In this document: one piece after another, positions 26,665 through 38,485 of the stretch
Numbering within the stretch: position 1 is the first letter of the stretch
Layout: every line of letters starts with the position of its first letter
DNA from: Octopus sinensis
Lineage: Eukaryota
Direction: 5' to 3'
Assembly: GCF_006345805.1 (NCBI RefSeq)
Contig: NC_042997.1
Location: 156,736,001-156,800,000 of the forward strand
Length of the DNA stretch: 64,000 nucleotides
Position numbers and translations under genes: made by a program
Notes under the pieces: model-generated
Told to the model about the DNA's origin: nothing
The model's database searches: none
What the model saw: only the letters and a program-made list of their open reading frames with translations

Positions 26665-26810
26665 GTTATTATTGTTATTATTATTCAAGTCACTGCCTGG
26701 AATCGAACTCCAGGCAGTGACCTGAATAATAATAATAATAATAATGATAATAATAATAACAACATTGAAAAAAGATGAGGACAAATATCCGACAAATGTA
26801 AATGATGTAC
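26440..26810. mobile_element. Penelope-like pseudo-LTR remnant arranged as a foldback, with a hammerhead-like core and a (TTA)n/(ATA)n-armed hairpin
   Basis: aagatgaggacaaatatccg.caaat occurs inverted at ~26455-26483 and ~26772-26797. Minus strand 26531-26500 reads CTGATGA-A-GGCTG-N10-CAGCC-GAAA. 18-bp stem at 26684-26701/26709-26726. Confidence 0.65.
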
Positions 26811-27741
26811 ATAATTCCTCATCTCTTAAATATAGAACTTGCAAGACATTTTGACTGACATTCCAACAATTATGTCAATTCATTAACCTTAAATTCTTAT
26901 ACAGGTGCAAAACTCAAAACTTGGAAGTGGGGAATACACTGACCTCATTCTTGACTGGTATATTAGTATATAGACCCAAGAGGGATCAAAGACAAAGTTG
27001 ACCATGGAGAGATTTGGACATGGTACAAAAAGAGTCAGAATAAATAGTGCAAGGCACTTAGAAGTCTGTCAACTGACTGCCCTAAATGCCAGCTTAATAA
27101 CAGTTTCAAATTTGGCACAAGGCCAGCAATTTTAATGAGTGTGTATGAGTATGTGGAGGATGTAGTTGATTTCACCAACCCCAGCATTTGAGTAGTACAT
27201 TATTTTAGCAAACCTATAAGTATGAAAGGCAAAGTTGATTACAGTAGGATCTGAACTCAGAATGTAATAAGCTGAAGGAAATACTGCTAAGCATTTTATC
27301 CAACATGCTAACGATTTTGCCATCTCACACCAGTTTAATAACGACAGTTAGTAGTGTATTAAATCACCCTAAATTTGTAATTAATTTCAAAACTATTTGG
27401 TCCTGGTACATGTAAAAAACACTGGTGCAAGTATCACATAAATTGCATGGTGATGGTGTCTCATAAAAAGCACCCACTACACTTGTATAGCGGTTGGCAT
27501 TAGGAAGGGCATCCAGCTGTAAAAACCAAATCAAAACAGACTATGGAACTTGGTGTTGCCTCTGGCCTTGCTAGTTCCTGTCAAGCTGTCCAACCCATAC
27601 TAGCATGGAAAATGGATTTTAAAGGACGATGAGTTGAAACAATATATTTCATTACAAATATGACCACATATGGGTTAACTACTGAGTGTCAACTTCAGAT
27701 TTGTACTTAATACACATTTTATAATTAGTGTTTGTACTTAC

Positions 27742-28379
27742 CTGCAGCATTTCATCAAGCAAAGTTATTTCTCTTTGGAGATTTTGCTCTTCTTTATGTA
27801 GTTTGTTCTGGGCATCCTGCCGACGTGTCTGTGTGGTTGCTCGGTCTATTTCTGTATCAATAACACTTCCTCCAGGAAATGGAGTGGAGGTAGTTATTTC
27901 ATTTTCATAGTGAGTGTTCCCATTGGTAGGAGATGGCATGAAAGACTCAAATGAATGGTACTGATTCCCATTTCGATTGGCATTTGGAAAGTAATTTTTG
28001 CTGTTGTTGTCTACAGAGCTTAACTTGCTGTTTGTGGAACCTTCTGTTAGGTGAGGAATTAGTGTATTTCTATTGGGAGAGGGTTGGAGAGAATTCCGAT
28101 TTGGACTCAAAAATTCCACTTTGCGTATACGTCGAGGTGGGATATCATAAATAGCAAGCAAATGATCTCGGGCCTCATTTTCTAAGTTCTCAATACTTAT
28201 TAGTTTATTTTTCTCACCATATCCCTGTGCCCAACCATAGTCTGCTGCACTTATTGAATGCCGTTTTCGCCATTCTGAGTCATTTGACCGAGAGTCCATT
28301 TCAACAGAGCTGGTAGAACTTGGTGTATCACTGTACTGAGATTTGAAAGGACTGTCCAAGAACTCATTTATTTGGGATC
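27742..28379 (-). CDS. DOK7: DOK7-like adaptor, tail exon (638 nt, phase 1-0)
   Basis: Acceptor ttcttctttgtag|GA; donor CAG|gtaagt. Lies in the 226-aa ORF 27679..28359. Translation RSQINEFLDSPFKSQ...IYDIPP...QREITLLDEMLQ. Phases match the flanking exons. Confidence 0.85.
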
Positions 28380-28959
28380 CTACAAAGAAGAAGAAAAAAA
28401 TTTTAAAAAGTATCTTCTAGTTAATATTAGAAATTAGAGGACAAATTATGTAAAAGTGAAAGTATTTGACATAAACTTAAAATCTCAGATTTAACAAACG
28501 CACTATAAGTGTTTGAAAGCATCTCATCCACATTCCATATTTTCTGAAATTTTCAGGTTGAAGCCATAAGTAAAAGCTTCTAAATTTATGTAATAAATAG
28601 ATTTAAGAAAAATGAAATTTAAGATGATTTCCTTTTAACCATCTCACTCAATTCCAGAGAGAGACAAAGTGAAGTAGGCTATGTTTATAACATCAATACA
28701 AAACATTAGATGTATAGGAATAGAATGAGACAGGGTGGCATCCATATCTCTCTGAAAAGCATTAATTATGATGCAAATGAAAGTAAAAATGAAATGGAAG
28801 CTGGGTTGCAGACTCTGTTTAATGGGAAGCTTATCTTCTATGATTACCATCTCAGACACAGCTATCAAAGAAATAAATACATTTGATTTTAAGATATTTT
28901 CCAACACCTTACACTGATCTTTCCATGATATCAGTGGTTCAGTGACTGTAGCAAATATT

Positions 28960-29248
28960 AGGTGTGCCAGCCTCCCCACCCCAACTGGCCCCTGTGCTCG
29001 TAGCACATAAAAAGCACCGTCCAAACAGGGCCAATGCCAGTGCTGCCTAACTGGTTCCCATGCTGGTGGCATGTAAAAATCACCCACTACACTCTCAGAG
29101 TGGTTGGCATTAGGAAGGGCATCCAGCTGTAGAAACATTGTCAGATCAAATTGGAGCCTGGTGTGGCCTCCCGGCTTGCCAGTCCCCAGTCAAATCGTCC
29201 AACCCATGCCAGCATGGAAAATGGACGTTAAACGATGATGATGATGAT
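28960..29248 (+). mobile_element. RTE 3'UTR fragment with (GAT)n tail
   Basis: gcattaggaagggcatccagctgtagaaac...gcatggaaaatggacgttaaacgatgatg. Confidence 0.85.
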
Positions 29249-29599
29249 TTCATGAAGGTTTTTCAGTGCTAACATTAATTAACTATATTTCTAGCAGCAT
29301 GTTTTACTAAAGGTTACAATATAATGATAATAGTAGAGTCTGACGTGATGGCCTAAGCATGTTAAAAGATTATTTTGCTTCCTCCTGATAAAAGTAATCT
29401 CATACAAACTGAGGTCTGCACTTTAATTAAAGAAAGATGGCCATTTTCTTTATAGATAAGACTTTATCATCTACTGTATTACAACGACTTGTACCAAATT
29501 CTGGTTTGGCTGACGGTAAATTCTTTTAGTATTTTTCATAAAGAATTTATATAAGATATTTTAGAGTAGGTGACATAATATTTTTTTAAAACATATACT

Positions 29600-29790
29600 T
29601 GTGCTGGTGCCTCATAAAAAAAGTACCCAGTACACTCTGTAAAGTGGTTGGCATTAGGAAGGTCATCCAACTATAGAAACCATGCCAGAACAGACAATGG
29701 CACCTGGCCTTACCAGATCCTGTCAAACCCATTCTACCTATGCCAGCATGGAAAATGGGCATTAAATGATGATGATGATGATGATGATGA
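29600..29790 (+). mobile_element. RTE 3'UTR fragment, degenerate
   Basis: Same terminal block and (GAT)n tail. Similar short pieces at ~13560, 27460, 48950-49320, 57450, 60240 and 63140. Confidence 0.75.
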
Positions 29791-30481
29791 ATTTAGGATA
29801 GGTTATGAGGTAAAATACTGTAACAGAAAAAGTGAAAAAGAAACTATAATCTAACAAAACACATGCAGTTATAGCATTCAAATAATTGTTTACTTATGAG
29901 TAGGTTTTTTTTTTCTTAGCGAAAATCTGACAAGACAAGAACTTAGAAACCATATGTATCTAGTCTGACAATTTGAATGGTTTCTATTTTGCCTTTGCCA
30001 AAGCTAGAAAACATCTGCATAGTTATTACACACTCAACAAATCTACTCATTTCTTGTCATTAGTACAACATAAACAGCTAAAATGAAATAAACTCTAAAA
30101 ATTGATACAAGTCAGCCATCAACTGTCTATAACCTTGGTGAGAAAGATTTGCACCTGTTCAACATTTAGTTTATAACAATTTTACTACCAAAGATCCACA
30201 AGCAAAGTTAATCTACAAAATAATTACTTCTACCAGATCTACAGTTTTTCCAACACTTTCTCACTGTGCTTATTTTTGCATATTTTCATTTCTGTGAACA
30301 CAGAGCTAGTGGTGAGCTGGCAGTCGTCAAAGCATTGGAAACATTTCTGTGCAGGTATTTGTTACGTTGGTTAAGAAGCTTGCTTTCCAACCCATGTGGA
30401 TGCAGGCATGTATACATACAAACCCATGTGATAGATAAATAGATAGATAGCTATATAGACAGACAGACAGATATATATATA

Positions 30482-30716
30482 TATTTCTTTATTGCCCACA
30501 AGGGGCTAAACACAGAGGGGACAAACAAGGACAGACAAAGGGATTAAGTCGATTACATCGACCCCAGTGCATAACTGGTACTTTATTTATCGACCCCGAA
30601 AGGATGAAAGGCAAAGTCGACCTCGGTGGAATTTGAACTTAGAACGTAACGGCAGACGAAATACCGCTAAACATTTCGCCCGGCGTGCTAATGTTTCTAC
30701 TAGCTCGCCGCCTTAT
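30482..30716 (-). mobile_element. SINE-A, near-consensus copy
   Basis: Reverse complement: ggcggcgagctagtagaaacattagcacgccgggcgaaatg...gttctaagttcaaattccaccgaggtcgactttgcctttcatcc...gggcaataaagaaat. Confidence 0.88.
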
Positions 30717-31089
30717 AGATATAGATATATAATGAAAGCATGTGGTCTAATGGTTAAGGTATTGGGCTCATGGTCCTATGGTCATGGGTTCAATTCCTGG
30801 ATCAGGCAGCATGTGGTGACCTCAGGTAAGGCACTTTATTTCTCATTGCTCTTTTCCATCACTCAGTTGTAGAGTAGCACCGGCCTAGTACTGGTGAAGC
30901 TCCAGCTGTTACATCTTGATGCTCCGTCAGATCAACAGTAGGAGGGTCAAGAGTGTACCTACGCTTGCTCACAACCATCCAAACACCAAAAACAGTTGGT
31001 GAAAATATGATACAAGTTACTAAGTTATACTTACTTGTGAGTGTGATGGTTAAATTATATATGGTTATACAAATATATATATGCATGTA

Positions 31090-31561
31090 CCGTAAATCCT
31101 CGAGTATAGTTCACCCTTGAGTATAATACACAGGGGATTTTTAGAGGGATGTACCTTTGAAAAGCCTAAACCTAGTGTATAATACGCACCCCTTCTCTAA
31201 CTTGAGTCGTGTGTAATTAAGCCAGCATCACCTAGTTGAACAAACGCTTCCGTAATACAATAATGGTGATGTTCTTAACTGTTATATGGGAATGTAAATA
31301 TGTTTGCAAATTGTTTTTGTTACATGTTAATCTGTGTTCTGAATACTTTTATTTTAATAAATGTTGCTTACTGCAAGTTATGGATGATTCTTTTATGACT
31401 TCATTGCTTTCAGGCTTAGCTTAAGGTATTTTCGCACCCGACATCACAAAATGCGTCTGAATAAACATTGCCTCATTTTTAACCTCGTATGTAGTACACA
31501 CTAGGGATTCTGACCTTTAAATTTTGGGAAAAAATTGTGGATTATACTCGAGGATTTACGG
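31090..31561. mobile_element. Tc1/mariner-superfamily (Tc2/pogo-like) MITE, 472 bp
   Basis: Perfect 19-bp TIRs CCGTAAATCCTCGAGTATA (31090-31108) and TATACTCGAGGATTTACGG (31543-31561), with TA on both sides. Confidence 0.88.
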
Positions 31562-31715
31562 TATTCATACTTTAAAAAGAAATCCTGCAGACGTTCTGGG
31601 ATGCATTGCCAGTGATATTTCTGGGGTCTTGGGCCTTTCAACATAAGACTCCTTAACCCAGTTGACTCAGCAGCTGTTGATCAACTCCCAGCTCACATCC
31701 CAAAAGCAGTAAACC

Positions 31716-31754
<39 letters not shown>

Positions 31755-32479
31755 TTTAAATGAACAATTTCATAGCAATTGAGTTATACACCTCAGCACA
31801 TAAGCAGGAACAGATGCCACCTACAGTACTGTAGAAACATTCACTACACACACACAGTACAATTTTATAACATTGAATTAAATAGCAAGAAACAGAATCA
31901 TGGGAGAAAGCTTGCTACAAAAAAGCAGAGACAGAAAAAAAAAAGTTAATTACTACTCAGTCATATATAGGAGTGATGCAAATGATAAACACTTTTACAG
32001 ATATTAGTTCCTGTCACAAATATGAACTTTCATGTGCAATAATGTATAAAATTTTAAGAGAAGTCTTCAACGGAAATGACAGAATTAGGAAAAAAAAAAA
32101 AAAGGGAATGGCGAAATTCTTTGAACTGCTATATGGAACATGAATAAGAAACCATAGCTACTCAAGATGCATTATTTAGCAAATGCTGCCACAAATGAAC
32201 TAGAGCAAACTATAACTACATTATACTTAATATCTATCAACTAAAGACTTGAAGCATGCAGTTAGTCATCACTGATGGGTCATTGGTAAATAGAGTAAAA
32301 TGCAAAACTGCCTCATTAAGTTTATTTCTTGTTTCTCTACTGTGTTCTGCAAAGGGCTAATTCAGAGTTTTTTTTTGTTTTTTAGGGATCATGAAATCAT
32401 GGTCTTAGCTTCTTTATGTCAATCATACAAGCTGGCAATAACATGAAGAGATACATGATGTTTTCTTATGTGCATCATT

Positions 32480-32880
32480 TTTTATCTTTTACTTGTTTCA
32501 ATAATCAGACTGTGGCCATGTTGGGGCACTGCCTTGAAGAATTTTTAGTGGAATGAATCACCCCACCCCCAGTACTTTTTTAAGCCTGGTATTTATTCTA
32601 TCAGTTGCTTTTGATGAACAGCTAAGTTACAGGATGCAAACAAACCAACATTGGTTGTCAAATGGTGGTGGGGGACAAACACAGACACAAAGACGCACCC
32701 ATAGAGTTATATATATAGACACACACACATACAATGGGCTTCCTACAGTTTCTGTCAATCAAATCTGTTCACAAGGCTTTGGTCAGCCTGGGCCTATAGT
32801 AGAAGACACTTGCCCAAGCTGCCATGCAGTGGGACTGAACCTGAAACGATGTGATTGCAAAGCAAACTTCTTAGCACACA
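32480..32880 (-). mobile_element. SINE-B
   Basis: Co-linear with the other B copies. Confidence 0.75.
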
Positions 32881-33128
32881 TCATATTTAATATTATTATA
32901 TCAAGACTTTATGTGAGCTGTTTCTAATATTGGTTTCTAACAGTAACACAAGGCAATGATTTTGTGAAAGGGTGTATAGTTGATTACATTGAGATATTTA
33001 AAAAAATTAATTTTTGATGCAGGAAGGATGAAAGGAAAAGTTGACCTTGGAGCAATTTGAACTTAGAACCTATAGTGCTCTTCCTCATATAAGCAATTCA
33101 ATAAGAACTTACAAGTGTGTATATATAT

Positions 33129-33370
33129 ATCATCATCATCATCATCGTTTAACGTCCGCTTTCCATGCTAGCATGGGTTGGACGGTTCTACTGGGGTCTG
33201 GGAAGCCAGAAGGCTGCACCAGGCCCAGTCTGATCTGGCAGTGTTTCTACAGCTGGATGCCCTTCCTAATGCCAACCATTCCGTGAATGTAGTGGGTGCT
33301 TTTTACGTGCCAGACGAGGGTGGCAAACGGCCACGATCGGATGGTGCTTTTTACGTGCCACCGGCATGGA
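33129..33370 (-). mobile_element. RTE 3'UTR fragment
   Basis: (CAT)n-cgtttaacgtccg...gtgctttttacgtgcca; abuts (TA)n on both sides. Confidence 0.88.
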
Positions 33371-33444
33371 GACCAGACGAAATATATATATATATATATA
33401 TCCTTCCCAAATCATATACCCTCACAGGGCCAATTTCTAGCATA

Positions 33445-33630
33445 TGTATTCTTCCTTGAACAGGACACTGGTCAGTCACAGGATTACTCAATTTTGCCAG
33501 TTGATTGAATGGGAGCAATGTGAAATGAAGTATTTTTGCTCAAGAACATAGTGCATTGCTCAGTCCAGGAATCGAAACCACAATCTTACAATCATGAAGC
33601 TGACACACTAACCAACCACTTAGCTAGGTG
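33445..33630 (-). mobile_element. SINE-C, 5' portion
   Basis: Reverse complement has the head ...gtggtttcgattccctggactg...gttcttgagcaaaaatacttcatttcac. Confidence 0.7.
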
Positions 33631-34176
33631 CCTCCACATTCATACATATATGCAAACTAAAGATATTTACAGTTATTTACTACTTGAAATATTTAAGGAA
33701 TTAAGAATATTAAGCAACATTTGAAAACTACAAAACATACTCATTTGGGAAAAATAAAAATAAAAATACATCAGAGAGTTCAATGCAATAAGTATAGGAA
33801 ATCTAAAAATCTAGGAATGAAACCTTCTGAGTGCTTATTAAAGAAAAGCCATGCACAAAGTTGTGTGTGTGTGTGTGGGCACATGTGGAAAAAGCAAAGC
33901 AACCAATCGTGTTACTATCACAGTGCGACATTCATTTTAACAGACATTTGAATTTAGCCAGGAACAGCACAAGGGAAATACTGCCTAGGAATTAAGATTT
34001 ATGGCAGATGACAGGATAGAGAAAAAGTAGTTGAACTAAATGAAGTGTGAAAAATGAACAAAAAAAACAAAAACAAATAATGCAATGATGATTCCATTCT
34101 AAGAAGCAAGTGCAGCGTAAGCCCAAGGGTTAGAACCAGAATTTGTTTCTAGTTGAAAATAACACACTTGACTTAC

Positions 34177-34293
34177 TTCTTAGCATCACTGGCCATTTGC
34201 GCTCACCTGCTGTGGGTTTTCCTTCACTAGCAGCTTGGAATATTTCAGCGACCTCCTCACCTTGCTCAGTAGCAATAATGTGAACACCCGAAC
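34177..34293 (-). CDS. DOK7: DOK7-like adaptor, end-of-PTB exon (117 nt, phase 1-1); not in this frame in the ORF track
   Basis: Acceptor acaacag|GT; donor AGAA|gtaagt. Translation (G)SGVHIIATEQGEEVAEIFQAASEGKPTAGERKWPVML(R) continues the DOK7 PTB (cf. AGVFFLSSAEGEQISFLF). Frame is preserved with both neighbours. Confidence 0.88.
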
Positions 34294-34494
34294 CTGTTGT
34301 AATAAAATAAATTCAGCTAATGCTTTAAAATTTAATGCAAATTGAAAAATTAAAGAAAAAGAAAAAATAGACATAACTGTAAAATCATTTTTGAGCATTC
34401 TGAACAAAAATATTTTCTTTCTCGTTGACAAAGATGAAGAAGGAAAATATTAATTGCTATGTGAAATAGCTATAGATAAAAAGAAAATGGTGGC

Positions 34495-35360
34495 TTCAAA
34501 TTTTGGTAGAAGGCCAACAAGTTTGGGGGGAGGGGGTAAGTCGATTACATTGGCCCTAGTACACAACTGGTACTTATTTTATCAACCCTGAAAGGATGAG
34601 AGGCAAAGCCGACCATAGCCAAATTTCAACTCTCAACACAGACAGATGAAATGCTGCTAAGCATTTTGCCCAGCATGCTAACAATTCTGTCACCTCACCA
34701 CCTTAAGCAGAAAATACTGATGAGAGTAAAGGATCAAAGAAAGTTGTTTTATTATTGCTTGTTTGTTTGTTTGTTTCAGTCACTGAAGGTCACCACCTTG
34801 AAGGGTTTAGTTGAACAACTTGAACCCAGTACTTATCTTAAAGTTTGGTACTTATTCTATTGGTCTCTTCTGCCCAACTGATAAGTTACAGGAATGTAAA
34901 CAAACCAGCATCGGTTGTCAAGCAATGGTGTGGGGACAAACATAAACTCAAAGATACATGTACATATATATAGCATAAGCTTTCACACAGTTTCTGTCTA
35001 CCAAAATCATTCATGAGGCATTGCGATGGTTGACCAGGGGCTACAGTAGAAGGAACTTGTCTAAGGTGCTATGCAGTGGGATTGAACCTGAAGCCATGAA
35101 TTCCTGCACTAATCCACATGAAAATACTACTAGTGAATTACTGAGCTGGCAGAAATGTCAGCACGTCGGGTGAAACGCTTAGCGGTATTTTGTCTACCGC
35201 TACATTCTGAGTTCAAATTCCACCGAGGTCGACTTTGCCTTTCATCCTTTCGGGGTTGATTAAATAAGTACCAGTTACTGGGGTCGATATAATCGACTTA
35301 ATCCGTTTGTCTGTCCTTGTTTGTCCCCTCTGTGTGTAGCCCCTTATGGGCAGTAAAGTA
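34495..35360. mobile_element. SINE cluster: A (-, ~34495-34705), B (-, ~34770-35100), A (+, ~35141-35360)
   Basis: Diagnostic A and B blocks as above. Confidence 0.75.
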
Positions 35361-36239
35361 TCTACTGTAGCTTAATCTTGCTCAGACTGCCCTAGTATAT
35401 GACTTGAATGACTCCTGCAAACCATTCATCTTTATCTAGTAAAGGATAACTAGATAAGGAAGGCAAGAACGTTTCTTGCTCTCTCACTAGAAACAGGGAA
35501 GCATGTGTATGTGGGGTTATACAAGAGTTAACATATGTTTACAGGCTGAAGATATTGAATTAAATCATGTAAAAACTATGCTATTTTATAAAAAGTACAT
35601 AATTGAGAATAAATACTCCCAAAGCTAAAACAATGGATATATAGTGTTATATTTTGGGATGGTCATTTTTTTCTTGCCAAATATACACATGCACTATATA
35701 TTTGTTTTTTCACTTGTTTATTATTGTTCTTATTTTATCTTATGTCCATTGTCTGGATATCTTTCATTACACATCTGTGACCTTTTCAGCAACTTTCCCA
35801 TCCCACGTGATAAAATAAGAACAATAATAAATAAGTGAAGAATGAATATATAGTGTGTCTGTTTATTTGGCAAAGAAAAAAAAATTACGATCTTGAAATA
35901 TAACATTACCTGTTTCAGCACACAATTTCACATCAGGAATCTTGCAAAACAAATTCATAAGCATAATGGATACATAAATATTTAATTTTTTCTTTTCACA
36001 AGATACAGTATTTTTGAAAAATAGGGGGACCATCACTAGCTTTGATCTCTTACCACCACCAGCAGCACTACCTTAGTATATTGACCCCCAAAGCTAATTT
36101 GATCCAATAGAAAATTTGAACCAAGAATAAAGACACAATAAGGCATTAAACTAATTACTGTAAGACTCCTACATATCTTCTAATTTACAACAGACTTAAA
36201 TAATGATAAATGCAGAGAAATATAAGAAAAAGCTGTTAC

Positions 36240-36449
36240 CTTTTCGACAGCGAGATCCACCTTCAAAGACGAATTTTCCTTCAACAACACCAAATCTGCG
36301 TAAATCATGTATTCTCCAAGACTGTAACATCTTTGGTGGGATATAAGCTGCCAGGCAGAACTTGTCATGGTGGATATGCATTCGGACATTTTCTAAAGGA
36401 AGTTTACTACCCTGGGGTACCTTTAAGATCCGTACTCGATATTGGTGCT
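36240..36449 (-). CDS. DOK7: DOK7-like adaptor, PTB (IRS-type) exon (210 nt, phase 1-1)
   Basis: Acceptor tctctttacag|AG; donor G|gtaaca. Translation EHQYRVRILKVPQGSKLPLENVRMHIHHDKFCLAAYIPPKMLQSWRIHDLRRFGVVEGKFVFEGGSRCRK(G) matches the DOK7 PTB pattern ...DIPPAVTGQWKLSDLRRYGAVPSGFIFEGGTRCG. Confidence 0.92.
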
Positions 36450-36827
36450 CTGTAAAGAGATACACACATGAATATAGACATATATAGTTTTAAGTATCAT
36501 GTTCTGATATTAAAGTTTTGATTCCCAATTACAGTGAATTCATTTCAACTATATTGTTAAAATCCTTATGAATGAATGAATGTTAAAACTCACCATTTTC
36601 CCTCTTCTTCTGAAGCCCTTTATATGAATCCTCATATGTCCCTATCATCATTCTTATACCTTTTTACTTGTTTCAGTCATTTAGACTGTGGCCATACTGG
36701 GGCACCATTTGGAAGAATTTTAGTCCAACACATCAACCCCAGTACTTATTCTACCAGTCTCTTTTGCTGAACCACTAGTTTACAGGAATAGATACACAAG
36801 CAGTGGTGGAAGACAAACACACAAATG

Positions 36828-37003
36828 TGCCACTAGCATCCGTGCCGGTGGCACATAAAAGCATTCACCACACTCTCAGAGTAGTTGGCATTAGGAAGGG
36901 CATCCAGCCGTACAAAACTATACCAAATCAAACTGGAGTCTGGTGCAGCCTTCCAGCTTACCAGCCCTGGTCAAACCATCCAAACCATGCCAGCATGAAC
37001 AAC

Positions 37004-37042
<39 letters not shown>
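36828..37042 (+). mobile_element. Older RTE 3'UTR fragment with a long (GAT)n tail
   Basis: ggcattaggaagggcatccagccgtac...catgccagcatg-aacaacgatgatg. Confidence 0.8.
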
Positions 37043-37054
37043 ATATATATATAT

Positions 37055-37246
37055 ATCATCATCATCATCATCATCATTTAGCGTCCGTTTTCCATGCTAG
37101 CATGGGTTGGACGGTTCTACTGGGGTCTGTGAAGCCAGAAGGCTTCATCAGGCCCAGTCAAATCTGGCAGTGTTTCTACGGCTGGATGCCCTTCCTAACG
37201 CCAACCACTCCGTGAGTGTAGGCACTCCGTGAGTGTAGCCACTCCG
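37055..37246 (-). mobile_element. Young RTE 3' terminal fragment
   Basis: 37077-37221 is the exact reverse complement of 38319-38463 (145/145 by eye). Confidence 0.9.
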
Positions 37247-37280
37247 ATATATATATATATATATATGTATGTATATATCT

Positions 37281-37327
<47 letters not shown>

Positions 37328-38485
37328 GCGAGAGGCCTTTTGTCACCAGCAGAGGTAAGAGCTCTCAGAATAGCTTGGGCAAAGTTCAGAGAGCTCTTAC
37401 CTCTGCTGGTGACAAAAGGCCTCTCGCACAGAGTGAAAGGCAGACTGTATGATGCGTGTGTATGAACAGCCATGCTACATGGCAGTGAAACATGGGCCGT
37501 GACTGCTGAGGATATGCGTAAGCTCGCTAGAAATGAAGCCAGTATGCTCCGATGGATGTGTAATGCCGGTACTCACACTCGGCAGAGTGTAAGTACCTTG
37601 AGAGAAAAGCTGGACCTAAGAAGCATCAGTTGTGGTGTGCAAGAGAGACGTTTGCGCTGGTATGGTCATGTGGCGAGAATGGATGAAGATAGTTGTGTGA
37701 AAAAGTGCCACACCCTAGCGGTTGAGGGAACCTGTGGAAGAGGCAGACCCAGGAAAACCTGGGACGAGGTGGTGAAGCACGACCTTCGAACTTTAGGTCT
37801 CACTGAGGAAATGACTAGAGACCGAGACTTCTGGAAGTGTGCTGTGCGCGAGAAGACCCGGCAGGACAAGTGAGTCCATAACCCGTGGCCTTCTACATGG
37901 GATGGAGCCAGCCTACGTATGCATACCTTCCCTTCTTGGGACACAAAACTCTACTTGTGAAGACGTGATGAGGCAAGTGAGGATCAGAATGGAAATCGAT
38001 CAATGGAAATTGCGGATGTGCTACCAGTGCCGGTGGCATGTCAAAACTCTGCTTGTGAAGACCCGTTGAGGCAAGTGACGATCAGAATCGAAATCGAACA
38101 ATGGAAATCGATCAATGGAAATTGCAGATGTGTTACCAGTGCCGGTGGCATGTAAGAGAACTTTCCGTTTCGCGACCGTTGCCAGCACCGCCCCGTTTCG
38201 TGTCCGTTGCCAGCCTCGCCTGGCCCTCGTGCCGGTGGCACATAAAAAGCACCATCCGTTCGTGGCCGTTTGCCAGCTCTGTCTGGCACCAGTGCGGGTG
38301 GCACGTAAAAAGCACCCACTACACTCACGGAGTGGTTGGCGTTAGGAAGGGCATCCAGCCGTAGAAACACTGCCAGATTTGACTGGGCCTGATGAAGCCT
38401 TCTGGCTTCACAGACCCCAGTAGAACCGTCCAACCCATGCTAGCATGGAAAACGGACGCTAAACGATGATGATGATGATGATGAT
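37328..38485 (+). mobile_element. Young 5'-truncated RTE LINE (RT C-terminus + 3'UTR + (GAT)n)
   Basis: Frame RIAWAKFRELLPLLVTKGLSHRVKGRLYDACV*TA followed by ORF 37472..37873 (MLHGSETWAVT...LRWYGHVARM...RGRPRKTWDEVV), the typical RTE signature. Confidence 0.93.

Noticed and set aside
25567-26844. Poly-N and poly-I ORFs
   Set aside because: Translations of (AAT)n/(TTA)n repeats.
21710-28154. Antisense or alternate-frame ORFs over the DOK7-like exons (21710, 22469, 23198, 23777, 27728, 27951; also 36210, 38879)
   Set aside because: Shadows of the real coding frame.
37206-38153. 17-bp and 98-bp tandem units as a possible CRISPR-like array
   Set aside because: No unique spacers; eukaryotic retrotransposon sequence.
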